64,000 bases of DNA, taken from positions 1 to 64,000 of the IMG/VR virus record IMGVR_UViG_3300036715_003254; one strand, written 5' to 3'. Both the position numbers and the translations under genes were made by a program. The notes under the pieces were generated by a model. That model was not told the origin of the DNA and did not search any database. It worked only from the letters and a program-made list of their open reading frames with translations. This DNA comes from a virus. This document shows, in pieces, positions 1 to 8,460 of the stretch. Position 1 is the first letter of the stretch. Each line of letters begins with the position of its first letter.

Positions 1-186
1 AACAACAGACCTAAACAAGACAAATTTATATGTACGGCTTGTGGTCATCAGACTAATCCAGATTTCCAGGCGTCTGTACATATACTATATAGAGGTATGA
101 AGTCGTTTGGGCTAGGAACTAGCCTTGCGGACTTATATAAACGCAAAGCCTTTCGTGTTTCAGCTTCGCTGGAAGCTGTTAGTTAG
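1..186 (+). CDS. tnpB: TnpB (IS200/IS605-family RNA-guided nuclease), C-terminal fragment; gene begins before the window
   Basis: Frame 1 reads NNRPKQDKFICTACGHQTNPDFQASVHILYRG...EAVS*. This is the second zinc-ribbon CxxC followed by the RuvC-III NxD-x-x-A-x-x-I motif typical of TnpB ends. Confidence 0.85.
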   Translation, partial: NNRPKQDKFICTACGHQTNPDFQASVHILYRGMKSFGLGTSLADLYKRKAFRVSASLEAVS

Positions 187-238
187 GAAGCTCCTTCATT
201 TATGAAGGAGCGGTTCACCAAGTTCTATTAAGCAAGAA
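95..238 (+). ncRNA. TnpB omegaRNA (reRNA) scaffold overlapping the tnpB 3' end; right end ...GGTTCAC at 218, putative guide 219-238
   Basis: Series of hairpins ending in GCTCCTTCA-TTTA-TGAAGGAGC then GGTTCAC, the usual IS200/IS605 right-end architecture. Confidence 0.7.
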
Positions 239-799
239 CAAGACTAAGAAACTGATTGTTTATGAATAAAGCAATCAAAAATTAAGCTATACAGTAGCTT
301 CCTGTAAGAATTGGTATATTCTTAACTAATCGATATAATAGATTATCAATTAACAAAGAATATATAGTAATAATTCGATAGATTTAAAATTTTTGCTTTC
401 TGTCTTTTAAAATCCCTCTAAAGGAAACATATACAACAATTTTTAAAAATATAAGTAACCGAGAACTTATAAAAATAAATCCTAAAAATATGATTGAAAT
501 TACAACCATAAATTTAGAGACAATTTGACAACAGTAGTTATAATTTGAAGGGATTTGCTTTGTTAGAGAAAATCCGCCTCTAAAATCACATTTTTAGAAT
601 TTATTGTTTTCTGATTTTAGAAACGGAAGAGAAAGAAGTTTTCAGTTCCAGATTCTATGTTTTAGTTTAGAGTCATCTAAAATATAGAATCAGAAACTAT
701 ATTTTAGAGGACTTAATATATGCTCTCGAAATTACAATTTTGCTGGTTTGATTGACAACCAAAATTTATATTCGAGAGCTTAAATATGCAATTCTGCAT

Positions 800-936
800 T
801 TTAAACTCCTCAATTTTTTGTGAACCGTTCCCTTCTGTAAACAGAGTGAACTTCCTAACTAACAACTTACAACAAAGTTGAGCACGAAAGGCTTTGTGTT
901 TATAGTCCACAAGGCTGGTTCCCAACCCAAACGACC
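800..936 (-). ncRNA. Orphan second copy of the omegaRNA scaffold (820-936) with a different putative guide (819-800)
   Basis: The reverse complement aligns with 101-218, with compensatory changes in four stems. No tnpB ORF lies upstream. Confidence 0.7.
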
Positions 937-946
937 TTATAAAATC

Positions 947-1174
947 CTATTTATTCGAAGCAAAAGCTAGAAGTTTGCTAACATTTTCTATTCTAGGTGA
1001 GAAAAACTCCTCTATATCCTTTTTTACGCTTTCAGAATACATATTGTTTTTCATAGCGTCTTTAGAGAACTTCACGCCATTTCTTTCTGTGGTAACTATT
1101 TCTTGAAGTTTATAATCTCTAGACAACCAATTACCACTTTGCTGTTTTGCGTGTGGGCGGAGCGCTTCTAGCAT
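947..1174 (-). CDS. hypothetical protein
   Basis: 75-aa ORF with an AAGGAG RBS and a promoter-like element near 1200-1230. Confidence 0.6.
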   Translation of the reverse strand: MLEALRPHAKQQSGNWLSRDYKLQEIVTTERNGVKFSKDAMKNNMYSESVKKDIEEFFSPRIENVSKLLAFASNK

Positions 1175-1242
1175 TTTATCTTCTCCTTTATAGGCGAAAT
1201 TCTATCGTAAATTACCTTAAAGTTTTATTAAACTTTAAAATT

Positions 1243-1464
1243 TTATTTTGTTCCAGACCCTAGCGATCTAGATCTAGACTCAGACCAAGACTTTGAAACA
1301 AACCAAGAATATTTTTTAGTCTGACTTACAGACCTTGAACTAGCTTTGGTTCTAGTCCAAGACCAAGACCTTGTCCCAGACCAAAAACCAGTCCCATACT
1401 TAGAATTTGACCAAGATCTAGATCTATTTTTTTCACGTCCAATTATTAAAACTGATATACACAT
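1243..1464 (-). CDS. Ser/Arg/Trp-rich low-complexity peptide (73 aa, starts MCISVLIIG)
   Basis: GAGGAAGG RBS before the ATG at 1464; SxSxSx periodicity. Confidence 0.65.
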   Translation of the reverse strand: MCISVLIIGREKNRSRSWSNSKYGTGFWSGTRSWSWTRTKASSRSVSQTKKYSWFVSKSWSESRSRSLGSGTK

Positions 1465-1478
1465 TTTTACGCCTTCCT

Positions 1479-1682
1479 CTATTTTAGCCTTCGCCAAGTC
1501 CAAGAACAAGTACAAATAGGTCTAGACTTCGACCCAGACCAAGACCAATAAAAGGATCTAAAATATTTTCCAGTCCAAGACTTATTCATTGATCAGGTTT
1601 TTGTACAAGAAAAAGATTGAGATCTCGACTTTGTCCAAGATGTATTTTGTTCGTATCCTGTTCTCAAGATTGCTATACACAT
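1479..1682 (-). pseudogene. Ser/Trp-rich peptide paralog (MCIAILRTG...) interrupted by an in-frame TGA at 1593-1595
   Basis: Same start context (GAAGGCRTAAAAATGTGTATA) as the 1464 ORF; the S/W-rich reading continues in frame past the TGA to a TAG at 1479. Confidence 0.55.
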
Positions 1683-1701
1683 TTTTATGCCTTCTTTTTA
1701 T

Positions 1702-1881
1702 TCAAGCCACGAAACCTGTTCCTGAACTTGAATCAACTCTCAACCAAGACTCTGATCTAGACCGAGAAATATGTCTAGAATTTGATACTGACTCATATCT
1801 AAACTTAGACTTAGACCAAGACATAGATTTATATTTTGGTCGAGACAAAGATTTTACTAAACCGACCCTTAAGAACGTCGT
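1702..1881 (-). pseudogene. Ser-rich peptide paralog ((M)TFLRVG...) with ACG at the position of a TAATG-coupled start
   Basis: A 59-codon open frame with SxSx periodicity begins at TA-ACG, overlapping the upstream gene's stop codon. Confidence 0.5.
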
Positions 1882-2156
1882 TACTTTTGTTCTCTAGGCA
1901 AATCTATGTTGATTTGTACGGCATCGATTATTGAGCCTCTGCCGATGATTACTTTCCCGTCAGGGAACGGCTCAACTTCTTTAAATTCTCTTTTTCCCAC
2001 CAGAGCGTCAGAAAATCTATTGGTGTCCGCAATCCAAGCGGCGTCTTCCAACACCAACTCTTGCGGTGTCACATCCACTAGTCTACCAGTGTCAATCATA
2101 GTCACTGTTCTGATGAGATATTTCTTTCCTATTTCCCAAGGACTTGTATCAGCCAT
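1881..2156 (-). CDS. Sm/LSm-like small protein (DUF6948-related phage family)
   Basis: IGKKYLIRTVTMIDTGRLVDVTPQELVLEDAAW resembles the Sm1 motif and the 13497-13874 protein. Confidence 0.6.
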   Translation of the reverse strand: MADTSPWEIGKKYLIRTVTMIDTGRLVDVTPQELVLEDAAWIADTNRFSDALVGKREFKEVEPFPDGKVIIGRGSIIDAVQINIDLPREQK

Positions 2157-2289
2157 TGTAATCCTTTCTTGTTTAATTTCAAGATAAAGAGTAAAAACTC
2201 TAACAAATCAGAATCAAAAACATTATATTTCTGACTTGCTAGAATTTTATTCTAATAAAAAAAGGTTTAAAAATTGAACGATTGAATCA

Positions 2290-2902
2290 AAGAAGAAACT
2301 ATTCAAAACCCAATTTCGATGTATTCTTCTTTTGTAATTCATTACAATTTTAATTATTTGACACGGGTCACCACGAGTCCTCAACACAAAGACTCAAAGA
2401 AGAATGATGAAATCAAAAGAGAAGTTTGGATCTATCCAATTGGCAGACAATATTTGCGTTGTATTCTCTCTTTATGATTCATTCTTTTTTGAATCTTTTA
2501 TAAAAGATTGATAAAATCGAAAAAGAACATTTTGAGACAGCTCTAATCAATCGGAAGCTCCGAATTAATTATTCACTAATTGGGTAGGGTATAAACCTAC
2601 GATCTCATCGTTTTGCTGACGATGTAGTCTTTTTCTATGATTCAATTGTATCATTTCTTGATTCAATGGCGCCAAGAAACCATTGAATCATTCGCACTGT
2701 TTCCCAGACAGCACTTAAAGGCTTCTTTTTAGAGCAATCAGCCAATCAAACTAACTCAACACTATATTAACGGAAGTGCTAACCGTCCGTTATTATTTAG
2801 AGCAACGAAAACTCATAGATTGTTCGCCTTTACCACAATCAGGTGTCAGCTGGGAAGGCTGAAAAGAGAACTCATTGAATAAAATTCTCTTTTCAACTTT
2901 CA
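2290..2902 (-). ncRNA. candidate large structured ncRNA (~600 nt)
   Basis: No ORF of 60 aa or more; promoter -10 at 2909-2914; many hairpins, including 11-bp stems at 2860-2895 and 2659-2690 and a long stem at ~2392-2495. Confidence 0.55.
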
Positions 2903-2908
2903 TAAATT

Positions 2909-2940
2909 ATTATAACTGAAATTAGTTTAAAAATTCTTTA
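2909..2940 (-). promoter_or_regulatory. host sigma70-type (Campylobacterota-like) promoter
   Basis: TTTAAAC-N-TTCAGT-TATAAT, matching the repeated promoter motif. Confidence 0.6.
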
Positions 2941-3231
2941 AATCCAGAGATAAAATCAAGTTTGATGTCAGAGTTTTTAGACTCTCGAGTTTTTAGTGCG
3001 CCTCACAACACAAAAGTTTAAACACAACAGTGTAGGTATTTTGACCTTACGAGTCTCGTCGCAGCAAAGGTTTTCCATTGACCTCAGGAAATCCAATCGG
3101 GCTTGTCTACGCCGGCAAGCAAGCGGATTATGTATGGGAAGATCGAAGTCTTACAGGCATACACAATCATTACCAATTTTCAATATTTGTTCGTTGTAAT
3201 CAAACTTTATAATGCTCTGGATTTAAAAGAA
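2934..3231 (-). ncRNA. candidate ~300-nt structured ncRNA closed by a long terminal stem
   Basis: TTCTTTAAATCCAGAG (2934-2949) pairs with CTCTGGATTTAAAAGAA (3215-3231); AAGTTTGAT/ATCAAACTT extends the stem; GC-richer interior hairpins; promoter -10 at 3247-3252. Confidence 0.55.
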
Positions 3232-3246
3232 CCTTTTATAGTTAAA

Positions 3247-3272
3247 ATTATAGCTAAGAAAAGTTTAAAATA
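3247..3272 (-). promoter_or_regulatory. host sigma70-type promoter
   Basis: TTTAAAC-N-TTAGC-TATAAT. Confidence 0.6.
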
Positions 3273-3383
3273 AAGGAGAATTTTCCCTTATTTCAAAGAA
3301 CGCTTTATAACAAAATCGCCTTTCTCTTTCCAGTAAGATATAATCCAGATTTTGCTAGATGGTATTAAGGTGAACAGAAGAAA

Positions 3384-5924
3384 TTAAATTCTTCTATCCA
3401 AAGTCACTTTAGAGTAATATTCGTCTCTTAGCGCTTGAGAGTCTTCTGCTATTTTTTTAACATAAGGGAAGTATTTTATAATAGCATTTATAATACCCAT
3501 TTTAATACCTTCATCTTCCTCTCTTGAGCTTAAACCTAAGACTTGAGATTTAGGATTTAATCCCCATAAACTCTCTTTAATCATAATTTCTGTCATAGTC
3601 ATAATAATTTTTTTGTCGATATTATATCTCTTGAGTAGAGTTAAGCAACCATAGAATGATCTAAAAAGAGTTAAATCTGCTGATGTAGGCTTTTCTTTAA
3701 AAAGAAGCTCATAAATTTCTTCCAAATTTTTAGAATAAACTGAATTAGAAGTTTTTTCCTCTTTAAAGACATATTTTCCATCGTGCATAACAGGGTCACC
3801 GTTTTTATAGAAGATTTGTCTATATTTTACTCTCATACCTCTATCTACAGAGAATGCTAGCATAGAAAGCCTTCCCTTCGCTTTAGATGAACTAGAAAAT
3901 TTCATTTTATCATCTTCAGAAGGATCTTCTGGTTCAGGAGACGCATCAGTCAATAAAACAATATCTGGTCTGATAGAAAGCGCTCTTACCATATTGATTA
4001 TTAATAGCTTATGTGAAACACCCTTAATCTTATTTTCATATCCCATTACAGTATCAGACCAAACAGAACTATGAGCGAAAGATGAAAAGTCTGTTTGCAT
4101 TCCAGTCTTGTGGTCGTATGAAACCAACTCAAAATCTATTTGTACTTTTACATTGAAGTCTTTGAGAAGGAAAAGACAATTGAATTGAGCGTTATTACCA
4201 GCAGACTCTTTATTCATACCGATATATTGAACGCCTTTTGATATTTCCTTACCTCTATAATCTTGAAGAAAATCGAATAGTTGTTCTGAGTGAACATCAG
4301 GTACAGAAAGGTCTATGTCGCCGACTAGAGGTTTATATTTTTTGAATTCTTCATCACTGATCGATTTATCAAAGAACGCATTTGAAGAGCCGTTGAAAAC
4401 CATATGTGAATTTAGGTATTCTCTATTTTTCCAAATAGGAGTGCCGAATTTCTTTTCATAGTTGTCATTGATAGTGTTAAGCATTTCTGCTATTTTAGCT
4501 GTAATTTCACCTCTAGATAATTTATTCAAATCTATCTTATCTGCTGTGTGTATTTCGTCGCCTAGCCTTACTGAAACATTTCCACCTTCGTTTATTGTAG
4601 ATTCTTTACATTGACTCATTTTTGTGCGTTCTGAACCAGATAAGACTTCCCAACAGAAGCTTGTAAAACCTTTTGGTTTCTGAATTCTTATTGTCGGAGA
4701 AGCAACGAAAACGCCATTGGCATATCTCAAATAAAAGGTAAAAGAAGCTTTTGGAGTTCCATCAGAATATATTACTACATTGTATTGTATACCAGTATTA
4801 TCTTCTGCCTTATTTGAACAAATTTTTACAGAAATATTTTCACCAAAATCTGCTTGTTTTTTCACAAGGAAAATCTTTTTGTCTGTGAGGTAATAATATG
4901 ATTTTTTAGAAATATTTAAGAATCTAAAGACGTTTTCTTTAGTTTCGAGAAGTTTTTCAAATTGTGGTTTTAGAGAGTCTTTTATTTTATTAAAGAAGGC
5001 GTCTCTTTCGTTTTTAAATTTTGAAGCATTTTGAACAAAATAATTTCCAAAAGGTCTAAAATATTTTGATTTTATATTATAGGAATAAAAATTTTCTTCC
5101 TTTGTTGGATTTTCATCTATATTAAATCCAACAACGACATAATATTGATTGTCTCTTTTAAATATTCCGTATTTTATAATTTTGCTTTTCTTTTGACCTT
5201 CTTCTATTTTTTCTTGTTTAAATGAATCTTTCTTTTCCCCATCACCCCTAGAAAAACCGTAAATTACATTATCTTCTTTTATTTCTTGGAGATAATCAGC
5301 AACAATACTATTCCATAAAATTTTGAATTCTGAAGGAGCAGTCTTAATAAAAATATCACTATTTTCTTTTGAAAATTCTTTTGGTAAATTGTCTTCCAAT
5401 GCGTCTATTATTTCTTCGGAATTTTCATCATCTGAAGAAGCACCGCCGTCTTCTATATTTTTATCTACTTCTTTTGCTGTAAGATTAGTTAATGTTGAAG
5501 AAGCAGAGGCTTTTATAGAAACACCAGAATATTCAGAACCACTAGTAAATGAAACATCAGAAGGATCCGAATCTGCTGATTTGTTTTGTCCACCGGCCCA
5601 AGAAAATTCTGTTGGATTGTCTCCATCTTTCATTACATTTGAAAGCTCTGCTCCTCTTCTTCTGAAAACATTGAAAAGAGAAACATCTATCTCAGGTTTT
5701 CCATCTTTTGTTATTAGATCTAATCTTTTTTTAAGAGTATCCCAACCACCAGAAAATTTTGATGTGTCTCCCCAAAAATTTTCATCAAGAATATCTTCAG
5801 GAGATTTAATATCAATACCTCCGAGAAAATGAGACAAAACTCCCAATTCGGTAGAGTATCGAGTTTTTCCTGAAGCACCTTCACACAAAAACTCACTAAT
5901 TTTTTTCATATATTTCTCACTCAA
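3384..5924 (-). CDS. large two-domain protein: PD-(D/E)xK nuclease-like N-half plus Pol-beta-like nucleotidyltransferase-like C-half; possible packaged internal protein
   Basis: W-x-G...PSD...GVSIK in the N-half; FNGSS...VGDID in the C-half; N-terminal MKKISEFLCE resembles a T4 capsid-targeting sequence; late-promoter-like AATAAATA at ~5937-5944. Confidence 0.5.
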   Translation of the reverse strand: MSEKYMKKISEFLCEGASGKTRYSTELGVLSHFLGGIDIKSPEDILDENFWGDTSKFSGGWDTLKKRLDLITKDGKPEIDVSLFNVFRRRGAELSNVMKDGDNPTEFSWAGGQNKSADSDPSDVSFTSGSEYSGVSIKASASSTLTNLTAKEVDKNIEDGGASSDDENSEEIIDALEDNLPKEFSKENSDIFIKTAPSEFKILWNSIVADYLQEIKEDNVIYGFSRGDGEKKDSFKQEKIEEGQKKSKIIKYGIFKRDNQYYVVVGFNIDENPTKEENFYSYNIKSKYFRPFGNYFVQNASKFKNERDAFFNKIKDSLKPQFEKLLETKENVFRFLNISKKSYYYLTDKKIFLVKKQADFGENISVKICSNKAEDNTGIQYNVVIYSDGTPKASFTFYLRYANGVFVASPTIRIQKPKGFTSFCWEVLSGSERTKMSQCKESTINEGGNVSVRLGDEIHTADKIDLNKLSRGEITAKIAEMLNTINDNYEKKFGTPIWKNREYLNSHMVFNGSSNAFFDKSISDEEFKKYKPLVGDIDLSVPDVHSEQLFDFLQDYRGKEISKGVQYIGMNKESAGNNAQFNCLFLLKDFNVKVQIDFELVSYDHKTGMQTDFSSFAHSSVWSDTVMGYENKIKGVSHKLLIINMVRALSIRPDIVLLTDASPEPEDPSEDDKMKFSSSSKAKGRLSMLAFSVDRGMRVKYRQIFYKNGDPVMHDGKYVFKEEKTSNSVYSKNLEEIYELLFKEKPTSADLTLFRSFYGCLTLLKRYNIDKKIIMTMTEIMIKESLWGLNPKSQVLGLSSREEDEGIKMGIINAIIKYFPYVKKIAEDSQALRDEYYSKVTLDRRI

Positions 5925-5943
5925 ATATTTTTAAGTATTTATT

Positions 5944-6120
5944 TTACAAACACTCAACTAATTCAAGCTCAAAAATATCTGTTTCACTCTTGCAAATAAG
6001 AGAGTATTTCAAGCCATCTTTACCTCTATAAATGAAATCTTCAACTTCTTCAAAATCATTCATAAATTCGTCATATCCGACAAATATTTTACCTTCTTCT
6101 TCCTTAATCATTTCTTTCAT
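5944..6120 (-). CDS. small acidic hypothetical protein (58 aa)
   Basis: Open frame MKEMIKEEEGKIFVGYDEF... with an AGGAG RBS at the end of the upstream gene. Confidence 0.5.
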   Translation of the reverse strand: MKEMIKEEEGKIFVGYDEFMNDFEEVEDFIYRGKDGLKYSLICKSETDIFELELVECL

Positions 6121-6127
6121 TTTAAAA

Positions 6128-7222
6128 TCAATCTCCTTTTAAGATATTTTGTAGATCTTTCTTAAAGGTTTTTGAACCTATGTCAAGTATATGGAAGTTG
6201 CTATAATTTTTATAGTAACCTGTTTTCCATTTTCTATCAATAAACTTCTTAGCATCTACTAGACAAATAGTTTTTAGTCCCATCAAAACACCAAGATGTA
6301 ATATTCCACTATCAGCGCATATCAAAGCAGACATATCTTTAAGAAGATCGTAAGTATCTTTCCAGTTTGTAATAGTAGGATTATTAACTCCTGCGTAATC
6401 CTTTCTAGGAACATTAAAGCAAGTCAATTCATATTTGCTCTTTAAGAACAGAATATTTTCAACATCTATGTCTCTATGTACTTCTACAGATCTTTCAGTA
6501 GTATTTAGTTGAAAGCCTATCTTATTATTTTTTGGAAATTTTAAATCTAGTTGATAAAAAGGAAACTCTCTTTTAACAACTAAGGAATAGTTAAACAAAT
6601 CCATTATAAGTGAAAAGTTTTCAACTTTGTTATTATGAAGATACCTGTTAATTTCAGTCGCATTTTTAGCTTGTTCATATTTAAATTGTGGAAACAAATA
6701 TTTCAATAATGAAATTATAGGCGCGTGTTGAGCTGGATGAAGTATTGTAATATTTTTATCTTTTATTATTTCAACATTTTGAAATGCCATAAAGATATCA
6801 CCAAAACCTTGTTCCAACACTATTACATATTCTTTTGTATTCGGAGCATCAACAAAACCAAATCTATTATATTTAGGCGAAGATATAAGTCTTATCACTT
6901 CTTCATTACCGTTTGACAATTTAATTTGATATCCTCTTAGTATATCGTACTCTGCTTGAAGGAATGGGTCATTTATTCTTGTTGATATCAAAAACTTAAA
7001 TCTGAAATATTCATCAAAGTCCGGACCAGAATATTCATTAATCATCTTCCAAGCAGAATCTAGCGAGCTTTGTTTTCCAGTCCTTTCGTAATCATAAAAA
7101 TAAGCTACTGCAGTTTCAAATCTAGCCAGTTCAAACTCAAGTAGTGCCTCGTCTAATGGTCTTATTACAACATTAGTTCTATGTCCTGGATCTATAAGTG
7201 TATGATGTAATTGTTGAGACAA
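6128..7222 (-). CDS. GT-B glycosyltransferase, GT9/heptosyltransferase-like
   Basis: EQGFGD and LICADSGILHLGVLMGLKT motifs. Confidence 0.7.
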   Translation of the reverse strand: MSQQLHHTLIDPGHRTNVVIRPLDEALLEFELARFETAVAYFYDYERTGKQSSLDSAWKMINEYSGPDFDEYFRFKFLISTRINDPFLQAEYDILRGYQIKLSNGNEEVIRLISSPKYNRFGFVDAPNTKEYVIVLEQGFGDIFMAFQNVEIIKDKNITILHPAQHAPIISLLKYLFPQFKYEQAKNATEINRYLHNNKVENFSLIMDLFNYSLVVKREFPFYQLDLKFPKNNKIGFQLNTTERSVEVHRDIDVENILFLKSKYELTCFNVPRKDYAGVNNPTITNWKDTYDLLKDMSALICADSGILHLGVLMGLKTICLVDAKKFIDRKWKTGYYKNYSNFHILDIGSKTFKKDLQNILKGD

Positions 7223-7276
7223 TAGTTATCCTTTTATATTTGGGCTCAAAATATTTTTATTATACCTTATTTAGGT

Positions 7277-7651
7277 TTAAAATATCGGTCTTTGAAGATG
7301 TTTCTCTGAAAAGTCTTTCAAAATCTTGTAAATAGCGTTTTCTATATCTCTTTCAGAGAAGCCTATACTGAATTCGTTTATCATTGTAAGTAAATTTTCT
7401 GAGATAATGAAATTAGTCCGAGCAAACTGATTGGTTTCTTCATTCTGACTAGAAAAATTGAATATAGTAACAACAAGTTCTTGGAAGTGTAGAACATAAG
7501 GGATTTTCCTTGTATATAGTTTACAGTCTTTTAAAAGAGCGCCAATATTACCACCACAGATTGTTAAAAGTAATTCAACCAAACTTTTTTCGAAAGTAAT
7601 TTCTCTTAAAACAAGGTTATCCCAAGTTAATAAGTCTTTTGTTACTATCAC
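7277..7651 (-). CDS. hypothetical protein
   Basis: 124-aa ORF in a co-directional cluster. Confidence 0.55.
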   Translation of the reverse strand: MIVTKDLLTWDNLVLREITFEKSLVELLLTICGGNIGALLKDCKLYTRKIPYVLHFQELVVTIFNFSSQNEETNQFARTNFIISENLLTMINEFSIGFSERDIENAIYKILKDFSEKHLQRPIF

Positions 7652-7670
7652 GATCTTAATACCTTTGATT

Positions 7671-7940
7671 TTATATTATAGCCGGTAACAAATCATTTAC
7701 TTCTTCAATCCTGAGCATTCTAATATCCTTAACATAGGTTCTAAACCAAGGAAATGTTGCCGCTAATCTTTGGACTGTCGTAACGCAAGTTACAGCATTA
7801 ATTGCCGGTCCACCAAAATAAACACTACCTTGTTGCCAAGTAAAGCCGTTAGACTCCATAAATTTTCTTATATCAGCATAAGCGGTTTTACTATACTCTT
7901 CAGGTAAAGAATCACTTATTTGAAAAATTATTGCGTACAT
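7671..7940 (-). CDS. vapD: VapD (Cas2-like virulence-associated protein D)
   Basis: MYAIxF...AYADIRKFM..NGFTWQQGSVY...WF...VKDIRMLRIEE.NDL, the VapD signature. Confidence 0.85.
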   Translation of the reverse strand: MYAIIFQISDSLPEEYSKTAYADIRKFMESNGFTWQQGSVYFGGPAINAVTCVTTVQRLAATFPWFRTYVKDIRMLRIEEVNDLLPAII

Positions 7941-8007
7941 TTAAACCTCTCTTAAGTGTTTTGTTATATATCAATTCCATTTAAATCACTAGTCATTATA
8001 TTCTATA

Positions 8008-8355
8008 TTATGTTTTTCGTAAAATTTTAATAATAGTATATAATGTTTCAATTTCTCTTTTCATCATATTTGGCTCAGTTTCACAAAAAGTGATTAACTG
8101 TCTCTCCAGGTAGCTCCTGTACATATTAAGAAGATCTACTTTTGTAGATGAGCAATAGAAATTGTCTTCGAAGTCCTCACTACTTTCATCGAAGTATTGC
8201 TCCGTAAAAGTATCTAACCGTATAAATTTAAGAGAGCCGTCTCTAAAGTCTCTTCCAATTGGAACAACATCTATATCAAAATCTAATTCTTCTCCAGTAT
8301 TTTCATTCAAGAATTCTTTCTTTACTTTGTATACTTCAAAGTTTTTTAATCTCAT
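8008..8355 (-). CDS. hypothetical protein
   Basis: 115-aa ORF with an AAGGA RBS. Confidence 0.6.
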   Translation of the reverse strand: MRLKNFEVYKVKKEFLNENTGEELDFDIDVVPIGRDFRDGSLKFIRLDTFTEQYFDESSEDFEDNFYCSSTKVDLLNMYRSYLERQLITFCETEPNMMKREIETLYTIIKILRKT

Positions 8356-8460
8356 TTTTAATCCTTAATTGGCTATAATATCAATATTTAACCTTTCATA
8401 ACTGCTAACAGATACAACCAAAGAACATATAATACAGAAAAGAAAATGAGCTCCATTATA

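Noticed and set aside
713-925. 70-aa minus-strand ORF MGTSLVDYKHKAFR...
   Set aside because: It mostly reads through the orphan omegaRNA (residual tnpB tail frame). At most the last 28 codons, after the GAGGAG RBS, could be a real peptide.
1593-1595. TGA-to-Trp genetic code reassignment
   Set aside because: Many conserved genes (ligase, gp41, nrdB, clpP) end properly at TGA, so the genome uses the standard code.
1589-1897. Plus-strand ORF with DLDLD pattern
   Set aside because: Antisense of the Ser-rich peptides (TCT/AGA repeats).
2584-2635. Group I intron core (AGACUA resembling P7)
   Set aside because: No convincing partner S element and no interrupted host gene; kept only as an unassigned structured RNA.
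2996-3199. 67-aa plus-strand ORF
   Set aside because: No RBS, atypical composition, and it lies within the structured RNA candidate.
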